A stretch of DNA of 63,464 nt, the filler included, from Chiloscyllium plagiosum (Eukaryota), in the NCBI RefSeq assembly GCF_004010195.1. It is 4 parts of one record of this genome, joined end to end, with 100 filler letters (N's around TTAATTAATTAA, not from the genome) between each part and the next. Parts side by side here need not be neighbours in the genome. Positions count along the whole stretch, not along the records: positions 21,735 to 34,921 come from NC_057717.1; positions 35,022 to 51,747 come from NC_057717.1; 2 more parts are not named here. One strand, given 5' to 3'. The stretch's first letter is position 1. Each line of letters begins with the position of its first letter. The position numbers and the translations under genes were made by a program. The notes beneath the pieces were generated by a model. The model was not told where the DNA came from. It made no database searches and saw nothing but the letters and a program-made list of their open reading frames with translations. Positions 25,411 through 37,105 of this stretch are shown here, one piece after another.

Positions 25411-26959
25411 ACCGGTCCTCAGAAAGTAAATGATTGAAAATAATTGGAATCATTTTCTTATTGTAATGCTCTGATTTCATTGGGGTGATACTCAATAGCA
25501 AGGTCTTACTTTTCTGAGACTTTAGACCAAACTGTGAAAACTGAATGTATCTTGATGTTATTAATAAGACAAATCTATCCATGGTTCTGGATGCACTAGC
25601 AAGGGCAGAGTTTATTTGCCATCCTCAATAGCTCTCGAGAAGGTGTCATTGTTCATTGAGGAAATTGCCAGCACAGAGTTTCCTCTGATTCCCGTTGACT
25701 GCAGTTTCCTGAGGGTCAATGATGCTACATTAGTCAAATACTACTTTGATGGCAAGGGAAGTTACTCTGGTCTCACCTCAACTGACATTAGAAAATAAGT
25801 TAAAATACTAAAGACAAAAAGGGTAGAACACGGCATATTTGAACAATGTGATCACTGTCTTCGCAACGTTTAAGAACAAACAAATGCATGGACTTCTGAT
25901 TCTGAGGAGAGGTGTTTGCTTTTTGGGATGAATAGTTCCACTCTCTATGGGAAAAAAAAAACACTCTATTCACGGTGCATTGGTCAATGACAGACATAAA
26001 CTATTGTCTGTTCCTATTGGGCATCGATCATCTCAATCTCATCATTCACTGCTGACCAATAGCAGCACAGAAGCCAGCAGCTCCCATCTCCCCAGTGGAT
26101 AGCAAAAAGGGTAAGGGATGGCCAGTGAAAGTGGGAGTAACTAGGGAATTGGTGTATCTTACATGGGGAGTGGCAGAAGAAGGGTGTGAAGAGATATCAT
26201 CAGTGGAAGAGTATGTGGCAGCAGAAGGGGTAGTGCAAGGGAAGTAGGAGTGTAAAGAAAGTGTAGGAAGGGCGAGGAGAATGGCTAATGACGTGTTAGT
26301 GACTGACAAAAGCTTGTTTTTGGAAAAGTGAGGTTGGGTGAAAACCACCACTGTTAATTAAAATTGGGAACTGATTCAATTGAAAATTGAGATTTGATGT
26401 AGTTCTTTTTCATTCACTTGACTCTTTATCAGATTGTACATTCACTCTATAGTTTAGTATCTCCATCAAATGCAGGTAACGTGTTTTCTTCTCCCCTGAT
26501 GTTGTGTATCAACATTTTTGAATTTTTTAACAGTGTGTATTTGCTTCCAATTCAAGGTAGAGATGAGAATATGATTTCATCTCCTGCAGTTTGTCCATAA
26601 CGTAGAATTTAATTAAAAATTTATCCTCATCACATTAGCTGATTCAAGCAATGAGTCTGTGTCCATCCTGCAGATGAAAGATTTCTCAGTTCTGACTATT
26701 GTTACAAAGCACAGCGCCGCACAAAAGGGTAATGTCCCAGTGCAAGGTGCCAAAACCGTAGTTCACCCTAAATTAGTTACAAGCTTTATAAATAAGATAT
26801 GCCGAGGGACAGAGTGAAAAAGGTGAATTTAACTTTGTGTCAAAAATGGCATTTGCAGCACCCTCATAATCGGTGTTAATTACATCACTCTGTGAATTCC
26901 CAAAAATAAGAACAACAAGAGACTGGAATTCTTAATTATTCCTTTGTGAATAACATGTG

Positions 26960-27455
26960 GAAAACAGGAAGGAAATCAAGGTTCGTTTGTGATATTCATA
27001 AATGATGATGGTGAGAATGTGGAAGATGGATGGCAGTGGAATAATAACTAATGTTGCGGATGACATAAAGATTAGATGGATGCTTAATAGTGATGAGGAA
27101 AGGGTTATACTACAGGACGATATAATCAGATGATTTCTATATCCAGATGAATGGCCGATGAAGTTTAACACTGATAATTTTGAGATAATGCAAATCTGAA
27201 TTAACAAGACAATTGAGTATTAAAACTTTGAACGGCGAAGGCTTATCGTGCTCCTTTTGTCTTTACAGTAGGAAAGGTTGAGGAGGGAACATATTACAGG
27301 TATACAAGAGCATAAGGATTATGGAGAAATTGAACAGACAACAGCTGTTTTCTTTACTTGAAGGGTTAAAAACATAGGAACACATTCTTAAAGTGAAAGG
27401 CAGGGGATTGAGAGAGAATTTGTGGAGTCTGTGTTGAACTGAGAGGGTGGCACAG
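26960..27455 (+). mobile_element. Highly degenerate CR1-type LINE RT and 3' fragment
   Basis: gttgcggatgacataaag (FADD.K-like), gatgaagtttaacactgataa, aggttgaggagggaacatattacaggtatacaag. Confidence 0.6.
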
Positions 27456-27817
27456 ACATAGAATATAAAGCACATATGTGTGGAAACAGGCCCTTCAAAT
27501 CCACACTGACCCTCCAAAGAGTAACCCATCAAAACACTGACCCTCCAAAGAGTAACCCATCCAAACACGTTCCTCCTATATTAACCCCTAACTAAAGTAC
27601 CTAACCTACACAACCATGAACACTTTGGGCAATTTAGCATGGCCAATTCACTAAACCTGCACATCTTTGGATTGTGGGAGGAAACCGGTGTACCGAGAGG
27701 AAACCCACGCGGACACGGGGAGAATGTGCAAAATCCATACAGGCAGTCACCCGAGGCTGAAATCAAACCTGGGTCCCCAGCGCTCTAAGGCAGGAGTGCT
27801 AACCAATGTGCCGCCGT
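27456..27817 (-). mobile_element. HE1-type V-SINE with an internal duplication of about 32 bp
   Basis: Core ggaaacccacgcggacacggggagaatgtgcaaaatcc. acactgaccctccaaagagtaacccatc occurs twice at about 27503-27562. Confidence 0.92.
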
Positions 27818-27959
27818 TCAGATCCTGGGGATATGTGCATGGAATACATTGCTGAGGCGGGTGATTGAGCAGGTAATCTCATAAACTTTTTTAAAAGCCT
27901 TTGGTTATGCACGTGGTGGTACAGGCTCGCATTTCCATTCAATTATTCTATGTGGTGGC

Positions 27960-28420
27960 AGCCACGAACACTCAGATATATTCTGAAGCAATAGGTAATG
28001 GCTGTTCCTGATTTGTTCCATTAACTGTACTCAGTAAGTTAGCCTCCAGAGAAGTGCTGCTGTTAACTCCCACTGTCTATTTAAATGTTTCAGTTTCCTT
28101 GAGTTGATAATGTAATTTCCTGTGTCAATGATGTCATTTCAGGCCCTTTTTCTCAGAGGATGGTAGATGGACTCAAAATTGATGTGTTTGTTGTTGGAGT
28201 TCCGGTTGGAATGCCATGTTTCTAGGAATTCTTGTGCTTGTCTCCGTTTGGCCTGTCCTAAGATGGATATGCAGACCTAGTCAAAGTGGCGTACTTCCTC
28301 ATCAGTACACAAGAAATTAGTGTTGGGATTATGTCTTTTGTAGCTAGTTGATGTCCATATATCCTGATGACTAGTTTTCGGCTTTTTTTCCGTTGTAGTG
28401 TTTGTTACAGTTCATGCAAG
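27960..28420 (-). mobile_element. Penelope-like element fragment, second family (GIY-YIG C-terminus)
   Basis: Minus strand reads ILGQAKRRQAQEFLETWHSNRNSNNKHINFESIYHPL. Confidence 0.8.
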
Positions 28421-28429
28421 GCTTATTGT

Positions 28430-28810
28430 TCCGAGAGCAGAACAGACAAAGATGTGAAGTTATTGCGGTGCTCAAAAGTATGGAAAAAGTTGCAGAGTCG
28501 AAAAAGAATACTCTATTAGTTGGCATTACAGCATCAAGGAATTCTAATTTCAAGGTAGTCAGCAAAAGAGCTAGGAGTAAAATAAGGAAAAACGTCTTTA
28601 TTTAGAGAGTTATTACGAATTGGAATTGACTGGCTGAGAAAGTTGGGGATGAAGATTCAAAAGAGAACTAGATATATATTTGGAAATTATGAATTTAACG
28701 GGCAACGGAGAGAGGGCTGGCAAATGGGGAGAGCTTGGTAGACATTTCGGAGCTGATTTATACATAATAGCCAATAGCCTCCTCCAGTATTTAAAGTTTT
28801 GTACTCTATC
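28430..28810 (+). mobile_element. Degenerate CR1 3' end
   Basis: caaggaattctaatttcaaggtagtcagcaaaagagctagg..ttcaaaagagaactagatatatattt. Confidence 0.6.
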
Positions 28811-29168
28811 ATGTGCCAGCTGTGAATTAAAGTCAGTATCCAATTATTTTACAGTGTAAATGCTCGCAAATATCTGATTATTTGGTGCAGAATAAGCATT
28901 TAAAATGCAAGTATTGCAAGGTCAGCTTCATTGTGAAGTCTAATTATTACTCAGAATATGAATATTTTACATGTTGAATTTCAATTACTAAAACAAAATA
29001 TATATAATTGCTTTGTCACAAAACTCTTCAGAAATCTCTGACTTTTAACTTACACGATATCATGTTCATTGTTTATTTTTCACTCTTCACGTTTCATGTT
29101 AAACATCATTCATTCTAAAAATTGGAAGTTTTCAAATTATTATTCACTAAAATTTGATAACACAAATA

Positions 29169-29426
29169 GTTGTGGTTCTGTTCGCCAAGCTGGGAATTTG
29201 TGTTGCATGCAGGGACCGGAGTTGTTCGTATGTGGCGCTTAGGCGGTTGGCACAGGATTCCCACTGGAATTTGTGTTGCAGATGTTTCGTCCCCTGTCTA
29301 GGTGACATCCTCGGTGCTTGGGAGCCTCCTGTGAAGCGCTTCTGCGATCTTTCCTCCGGCATCCCTCCCAACGCGGCGAACACAACCACAACAATGAGCA
29401 CCCGAGCTACAAATCTTCTCACAAAC
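29169..29426. mobile_element. Short PLE terminal-repeat insertion with inverted ends and a 16-bp TSD
   Basis: Inverted gttgtggttctgttcgcc..ggcgaacacaaccacaac. Minus-strand hammerhead-like ccgagga tgtc..gac gaaa catc at about 29281-29315. Flanks tttgataacacaaata (29153-29168) and tttggtaacacaaata (29427-29442). Confidence 0.7.
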
Positions 29427-29876
29427 TTTGGTAACACAAATAATTTATTTAGTTTAATATTCACAGTCCATGTTGAATTATTGCCATTTTTGAATTACTG
29501 GCAAATAGCTGAAGATCGTACATTTCAGTGAGAAATTAAACTGACTGTTTATATATGTGTATAAGAACGGTAATTCTATTTGTATGTTCAATCGTTTGCT
29601 CACTCTGAACATGCAATCAATCAGAAGTCATCCACTTTAAAAATATTGGAGTGGAAAAACATTGCTTTGAAACCTGACATTGATTATCCAATTCTGATCA
29701 CAAGAGTTAAGTTCTTTCTTCGATAAAATAAAATGTACATATTTTAGTTCTGTGTTAGAGAATCTTGACGGGAGTTTATATTTTATTTGCATAAATATAG
29801 AATCAACATAATTGATTTAAGAGATTATAGTTCACTTGAAGGATTATTATTCACGTCATAGTTTTTCCTAAAAATC

Positions 29877-30270
29877 GTGAAATATAGCAAACATCCGATT
29901 ATTGCTCGGGGTCAGTAAACTCAAATCCTTGCAAGGAGTTACGCTGAAAATTGTTTCAAATACAGTGTTATTGGACCTCTCAGCTGCCTGTGAAACAGAG
30001 ACTCAGTGGCCTGTTCCGCAATCTGTGCATGGAGCATCTAACGTGGTTCTGGGCAGTCAGCCAAACATTACTTCAAAATAAATAGTTTGGAATCCATCTT
30101 GGGCAGGAATAGAACCCGCCAACAGACTATCACTGGTCTCAGTGTAGGTAAAAATGTTGTCCATGTTAAATACTTATGGCTGACCAGAAACCAAGTTTTA
30201 AAATTCATCTTCAGTCAGGGACTGGCCCAGAGAGCATACGTGTAGACATTGGAGAGCCAGAATCACACTG
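29877..30270 (+). pseudogene. Candidate decayed antigen-receptor V segment (TCR-beta-like): leader, 73-bp phase-1 intron, V exon, heptamer
   Basis: Donor GTCAGT at 29911 and acceptor CAG ending 29983. One frame reads CETETQWPVPQSVHGASNVVLGSQPNITSK*IVWNPSWAG..G*PETKF*NSSSVRD..C..W, followed by CACACTG at 30264-30270. Confidence 0.4.
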
Positions 30271-30747
30271 TACAAGTTACCTATGTTGATGAAATCTGAC
30301 CTGCCTCCCAGACTCCATACATCTGCACCCTGGACCAGCCATGGGTAAAGACGTTAACAAGTTGCCAATCTATCGCAGTGCTTTGTTTCTCACAAAGAAA
30401 CCACTAAAGCTATATCCAATAAATGCCACCTTCACATTCTCCAGTATCAAAATAAAATTGTACATCTCTGTGAATGGTCAGAGATGACTATATGGATCAC
30501 ACAGTAGAATGTATGTGAAATAACCAGCATCAAACGGCAATCCAAAAATCGCATTAATTAACTGAACTTGGTGGATTCTGTCTAGTCTAAGTAACCACAC
30601 AGATTATACTGGCTTTCAGGTGACTGTAACAATGCACACCATAACTGGAGGTTTTGGCCTTATACCCTCCAAAGCTTCCTGAACTCACACACATCGCTCC
30701 CTCACACATTCAACAATTGATGAGAATCCACTAGCTGGGTGAACTTG

Positions 30748-32268
30748 GAAACATAGAACAGTGCAGCACAGTGTAGTCCCTTCGGCCCTTGACGTTCTGT
30801 CGACCTTTTATCCTACTCTAAGATCAGACTAACCTACATACCTTACATTATACTATCATTCATGTGCTATCCAATTAAATATCCCTAATATAACTGATTT
30901 TACTACAACTGCTGGCTGTTCATTGCACACACACACCACTCTCTGTGTAAAGAACCTACTCTGACATCTCCCCTAAACATTTCTCCAAATACCTTAAAAT
31001 CATATACCCTGGAGAGCCGTTTCCACCCTTGGAGAAACTCTCTGGCTATCCAATCTATCTATGCCTCTCATCATCTTGTATACCCCTGTCAAGTCACTTT
31101 ACATTCTTCTTCGTTCCAATGAGGAAATCACCCGAGCTCCCTCAAGTTTTCTTTGTACGACATGTCCCCCTAGTCCAGGCAGCATCTTGATAAATCTCCT
31201 CAGCACCCTCACCAAAGCTTCCACATCTTTCCTATAACGACGCAACCGGAATTGATCACAATATTCTAAGTGTGGTCTCACCAGGGCTCCATAGTGTTGC
31301 AGCATCACCTTGCAGCTCTTAAACCCAATCCCTTGGCTAATGAACACATCAAACACCTCCTTTACCAGCTTATAAACCTGGGTGGCAACTTTGCGTGAGC
31401 TATGCCATGGACCATATGATCCCCCTGTTCCTCCACAATGTAAGAATTTTGCCTTTAACCCTGTATTCTGCATTCAAATTCGACCTTCCAAAATGAATCG
31501 TATCCCGCTTTTCCATATTGAACACCATCTGCCACTTAGCAGCTGAGTTCTGCATCCTGTCAATGTCCTGCTGCAACTACAACAGCCATCCATATTATCC
31601 ACAATTCCACGAAGCTGTGTTACATCACCAAACTTACGAACCTACCCTTCTACTTCGTCATCCAAGTCATTTATCAAAATCACAAACAGCAGAGATCCCA
31701 GAATCGATCCTTACAGAACACCGCTGCTCACCTAGTTCCACAATGAATACTTCCCACTTACCACCACCCTCTGTTTTCTATGGGCTAGCCAATTCTATAT
31801 CCAGACAGATAAGACTCCCGGTATGTCATGCCTCCTTCCTTTCTGAATGAAACTACCACGGGGAATCTTATCAAACACCTTGTTAAAAGCAATGCACTCC
31901 GCATTCACTGTTCTACCTTATTCAATGTGTTTAATCCCATCCTCAAATAAACCAATAAGAGTTGTGAGGTATGACCTGCCCCTCACAAAGCCATGCTGAC
32001 TATTTCTAATCAAACTATGATTTTTCAGAATCCTCGCCAACACTCTGCCCAATACTGATGCAAGACTGACTGGACTGTCATTCTCCGGAAAATACCTGTT
32101 TCCTTGCCTGAACAAGGAACTAACATTTGCCACCCTCCAATCAACCGACGCTACTCCAATTGAGACTGAAGACGCAATGACCATCGCCAAACGCACAGAA
32201 ATCTCTACCCTCTCTTCCTGTAGTAACCTAGTGTGTTTCCCATCTGGCCGAGGGATTTATCTATCTTT
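30748..32268 (-). mobile_element. Degenerate CR1 LINE with 3' end
   Basis: ALVRPHLEYC (ORF 31099) and DWRVANVSSLF..SQHGFVRGRSYLTTL (ORF 31918). Confidence 0.92.
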
Positions 32269-32429
32269 ATGTTTGTACTTCAATCAATCTGTATTTCAGC
32301 GCAACTTGTTTAATCCCTGTCCAACCAACTGATAGACTGCTTTCAATTTCAGGGCTCTGTAGAGTGCTGCCTTCCTGACCAAGTATGGTTACCAATATCC
32401 TGTATATTATGGATGGAATACATGGGAAG

Positions 32430-32531
32430 ATTTGACTCTGCTGCTCCTCGGATGCAGCCTGACTGGCTGTGCTTTTCCAGCGCCACAATTTTCGACTCTG
32501 ATCACCAGGATCTGCAGTCCTCATTTTCTCC
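32430..32531 (+). mobile_element. Solo PLE terminal repeat (further copies at about 34078-34330 and 49006-49092)
   Basis: ctgctcctcggatgcagcctgactggctgtgcttttccagc..atctgcagtcctcattttctcc, the same family as the ends of the PLEs at 37.0 and 40.1 kb. Confidence 0.8.
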
Positions 32532-32774
32532 ATTACTGAGGGCTGTGCCCTCTGCACACTGAGCAGGGAACTAATCAGCAGAAACTCGTTGTATCTGGAG
32601 CTGACTGTTCAGTTCTGGAAAGTTGCATTTGATGAACACATTTACTAAAACCGAAATTTCAAATTCAGCAAATATTCATTCAGTCCTAGAGTAACAGTTT
32701 TGTTTCATAAATTGGACACGTTGAAAACGAACAATGAATGACTGAAGAATTCCGAGGTCCAGGGCAGTCCAGGT

Positions 32775-33470
32775 GATATATTCCAGGTTGAATGTGCTTT
32801 ACTTTAACGCTGCTAATATTATCAGACTGACAGATATGATTAGGAAACGAGGTGGCATGTGGAAGTGTGACTTTTTCCATTAGAGAGATGTGTTTTTGAG
32901 AGGTCGGGGCTGACAACTCAATATGCTGTGGTACCAGAACTATAGTCAGGACAGCAGAGAGGGTAAAAGAGGAATTAGTGTTGTCTTTTTAATTATGGAG
33001 TCAGTTACTGGCGTACGAAGGGACGATATCTTGAAAGGATCTTCTAATGAGGCTTGGTGTTTAGAGCTCAGGATCAAAACCATGACAGAAACACCGCTAG
33101 TGATATATTTTAGACCCCTAGATAAAGGAAAGTGCGGTAGCAGGTACATAACCAAGTTATTGAGATGTGGAAACACAATAATAGGATCATTATGTTCAGG
33201 CATTTCAATCCCAAACATTCATTAGGTCAATGATAACTTTGTTAAGAGGGGCCAGGTGTTTTGAAATGTATTCCAGAGAGCTTCTTATATCAACGTAGAG
33301 CAGGTACAAAAAAGGGCAGTGCAGTGCTTGGCCTCACTGTGGGGAACGAAGCCAGTCAGCTGTTCCAGCTAGACGTGGGAGAGCATTATAGGACCAGTGA
33401 CTGTGATATCACACATTTTGACTTTGCTAAGGAAAAGACCCCAAAAAAGTTAGAAAAATAAGAGCCAAAT
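32775..33470 (+). mobile_element. Degenerate CR1 endonuclease-domain fragment
   Basis: SREGKRGISVVFLIMESVT..SNEAWCLELR..VIYFRP (ORF 32923) and VGEHYRTSD (ORF 33261). Confidence 0.75.
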
Positions 33471-35190
33471 GTNNNNNNNNNNNNNNNNNNNNNNNNNNNN
33501 NNNNNNNNNNNNNNNNNNNNNNNNNNNNNNNNNNNNNNNNNNNNNNNNNNNNNNNNNNNNNNNNNNNNNNNNNNNNNNNNNNNNNNNNNNNNNNNNNNNN
33601 NNNNNNNNNNNNNNNNNNNNNNNNNNNNNNNNNNNNNNNNNNNNNNNNNNNNNNNNNNNNNNNNNNNNNNNNNNNNNNNNNNNNNNNNNNNNNNNNNNNN
33701 NNNNNNNNNNNNNNNNNNNNNNNNNNNNNNNNNNNNNNNNNNNNNNNNNNNNNNNNNNNNNNNNNNNNNNNNNNNNNNNNNNNNNNNNNNNNNNNNNNNN
33801 NNNNNNNNNNNNNNNNNNNNNNNNNNNNNNNNNNNNNNNNNNNNNNNNNNNNNNNNNNNNNNNNNNNNNNNNNNNNNNNNNNNNNNNNNNNNNNNNNNNN
33901 NNNNNNNNNNNNNNNNNNNNNNNNNNNNNNNNNNNNNNNNNNNNNNNNNNNNNNNNNNNNNNNNNNNNNNNNCTTCTCTGGCTCTTTGGGATGTGTTGTT
34001 ATTTCTGACGCTCCTTTAGTATCAGTGTACACCTTGATCACATCAGTGAGTCTGTCAGTATTTCAATTGTTCTGTAGGGGAAAATAAGGACTGCAGATAT
34101 TAGAGATCAAAACCGAGAGTGTGGCACTGGAAAAGCACAGTAGGTCAGGCAGCATCCGAAGACAAGGAGAATTAGCATTGTAGGCATAAGCCCTTCATCA
34201 GCCCTGTCTATAATCCGGATTCTGGCCTGATTTACTGTGCTTTTCCAGCACCAACTCTCCGCTTTGATCTCCAGCATCTGCAGTCCTAACTTTCTGACTT
34301 GCTGTGCTTTTCCAGCACCACATTTTCTTTCAGTTATTTTGACTGGCATGTGACACTATGACAACTTCGATGCTTGTTGATGTCAGCAAACCTGGAAGAA
34401 TTGTGAAGTGTGTGGAGGATGGAGTGCAACAGCAACAGGACAACGCCAACTTGGTGTAGAGTTCAGGTAAATTTCATACGACGATCAATGCAAGACAGTG
34501 TGAGGTGATGCAGTTTGGAAGGAAAAAAGGCTGTGCTGTTATAAAGTGGATGCAGGAGCAGAGGGACCTCGGTGTGTCTGAGCACAGATTATTGAAGTTG
34601 TCAGGACAAGTGGGGAGAGCAGTAACTATCACAGATTAGTTTCAGTATCTAAGGTGTTTACAGGGGGAGATGTGGGACGGAGTCTCCGTGCTCCCTTCCT
34701 GGAAGGTGGTGGTGACGATGTGTTGTGAGCCCACCCTCTTGCCCACCGCGGGGATTTCATTTCTAGCAGCTCGATACAAAAGGGAGATGGCATCAGGGTC
34801 ACGTCTTCTAAGTTGTGCCGGGAGAAACGGAGCTGCCAGTGGATTTAGCGTGAGAATTTCCCTTCACTGAACATTGCTCCTTACTCGGTCGTTGGGACGT
34901 GGATGCTTCAGAATCTCCACCNNNNNNNNNNNNNNNNNNNNNNNNNNNNNNNNNNNNNNNNNNNNTTAATTAATTAANNNNNNNNNNNNNNNNNNNNNNN
35001 NNNNNNNNNNNNNNNNNNNNNAGATCAATCACTTCAGAGGTCTGCACAGTGTTCTACTCTGAACCGATTGCAGGGTTGTGTTTAGCAATACACGAGCATG
35101 CTCTGCACAGTGCTCCATGCTGAACAGATATCTCCCCTGGGTTTATGGTGTCTGGATTAGTTCTCTGAGGTGGATTGAGAATGTGATCGA

Positions 35191-35418
35191 GGAGAAAGTG
35201 AGGTCTGCAGACGCTGGAGATCAAAGCTGAAACTTTATTGCTGGAACAGCACAGCAGGTCAGGCAGCATCTAGGGAACAGGAGATTCGACGTTTCGGGCA
35301 CAGGCCCTTCCTCAGGAATGAGAAGGGCCTGAGGAAGGGCCTGTGCCCGAAACGTCGAATCTCCTGTTCCCTAGATGCTGCCTGACCTGCTGTGCTGTTC
35401 CAGCAATAAAGTTTCAGC
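35191..35418. mobile_element. Fold-back PLE terminal-repeat insertion with perfect 92-bp arms and a perfect 15-bp TSD
   Basis: Arms 35225-35316 and 35328-35419 are exact reverse complements. TSD TGAGAATGTGATCGA at 35176-35190 and 35419-35433. Empty site in the paralog at 38638-38652. Confidence 0.93.
35284..35319 (-). ncRNA. Intact minimal type I hammerhead ribozyme
   Basis: Minus strand: AUUC CUGAGGA A GGGC cugu GCCC GAAA C GUC GAAU. Stem I is AUUC/GAAU, stem II is 4 bp, stem III is the palindromic ACGU, and the cleavage triplet is GUC. Confidence 0.75.
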
Positions 35419-35871
35419 TGAGAATGTGATCGAACTTATGACTTCAACTGATATGGCAATGCTTTTACTTTTGTTCTCATTCTTGTGGTTGGACCCTCCA
35501 AATTCTGACTCCACCAGCCAGTCCCATTCTTCAATCTATCTCAATCGTTCAGTAACGTGTTGTCCCATGTGTTATTGTCCATTTCAAATGTGAGTAAAAC
35601 TGTTCTATTTCCCTGGCCTTTGACGTTGCTCACCCTGGAGAATTGGGATTCACTGCGATAAACCTCACTAACTTCACTCAGACTCAACACTCCAGGGAAT
35701 ATAGCCCCAGTCTATTCGTACTCTTCGTGTAGCTAAACATCACCCACTCCTAACACCAGCAACATACTTGTAAAAGTTTTCTGCACTCTTTCAAATTTAA
35801 CAACATCTTTTCTAAAGCAGGGAGAACTGAATTTAAGGCAGTATTATGGAAGTTGCTGAACCTAGTGTGTT

Positions 35872-37105
35872 GGCGAAAGTGAGTATTGCAGGTACTGAAG
35901 ATTAGAGTCGATAAAGTGGTGCAGGAAAAGCACTGCATGTCAGGCAGTATCCGAGGAGCAGGAAAATCGATGTTTCAGGCAAAAGCGATCTCGGATGCTG
36001 CCAGCCTTGCTGGGCTTTTCCAGTACCACACTCTGAACCTTGTGTATATCCCAAATGGTCTCCTTCTTCAAAGACCGCAATTTTTCCACCCACGTGGTCG
36101 ACGATGCCCTTCAACGCATCGTATCCACTTCCTGCACCTCCGCCCTTGAATCCCACCCTTCCAAACACAACAGGGAAAGAACACCCTGGTCCTCATCCTT
36201 CTCCCTATCAAACCTCTAGATACAATGCATCATCGTCCCCCATCTGGGCCACCTACATACAGACACCACCACCCTACCTGTGCTCCATAAAGAACTTTCC
36301 CGGCGCGACGACCTTGTCAGGTCCACGCCACCCACCAACCCACCGTCCCATCTTGGCACCTTACCCTGCCACTGCAGGAGTTGTAAAACCTGCACCTTCA
36401 CATCCACCTCACCTCCGTCCAATACCCCAAAGGAACCTTCCACGTCAATTGGATTGTTTGCTGCACTTCCACACATGGCACCTACTGTATCCGTTACTCC
36501 CGATGTTAACTCATCTACATTGGGGCGACAGGACACCAATTTACGGAACACTTCAGAGAACACCTGTGGGACACCCGCACCAACTAATCACACCGCACCG
36601 TAGCTGAACACTTTAACTCCCTGTCCCACTCCGCCATGGACATGCACGTCCTGGGCTTCCTCCACCTCCACTCCTTAACCACCCGACGCCGGGAGGAAGA
36701 AAGCTACATCTTCCACCCTGGGACCCTGAAACCACGTGGGATCAATGATGATTTCACCAGTTTTCTCATTTCCGACCACCACCTTATCCCAAATCTAACC
36801 TTCCAACTCAGCACGGCCCTGCTGATGTGTCCTACACGTCCATTATCCTTCCCACCTATCCCTTGCACCCTCCTCTCCGACACACCACCTTCATCTACCT
36901 ATCACATTCTCAGCTACCTTCCCACCAACCCCACCCCATCCCATTTATCTCTTAACAACCTTGGCCGTCAAGCCTCTTTCCTAATGAAGGGTTTAAATAC
37001 AAAATGTTGATTCTCCTGCTCCTCGGATGCTGCCTGACTGGCTGTGCTTTTCCAGCACCACATTCCCGACTCTGATCTTCAGCATCTGCAATCCTCACTC
37101 TCTCC
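35872..37105 (+). mobile_element. 5'-truncated Penelope-like element with inverted 5' pLTR, GIY-YIG and 3' pLTR
   Basis: GTLPCHCRSCKTC, atctacattggggcgacagg (IYIG.TG), VAEHFNS; terminal repeats at both ends in opposite orientation. Confidence 0.88.
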
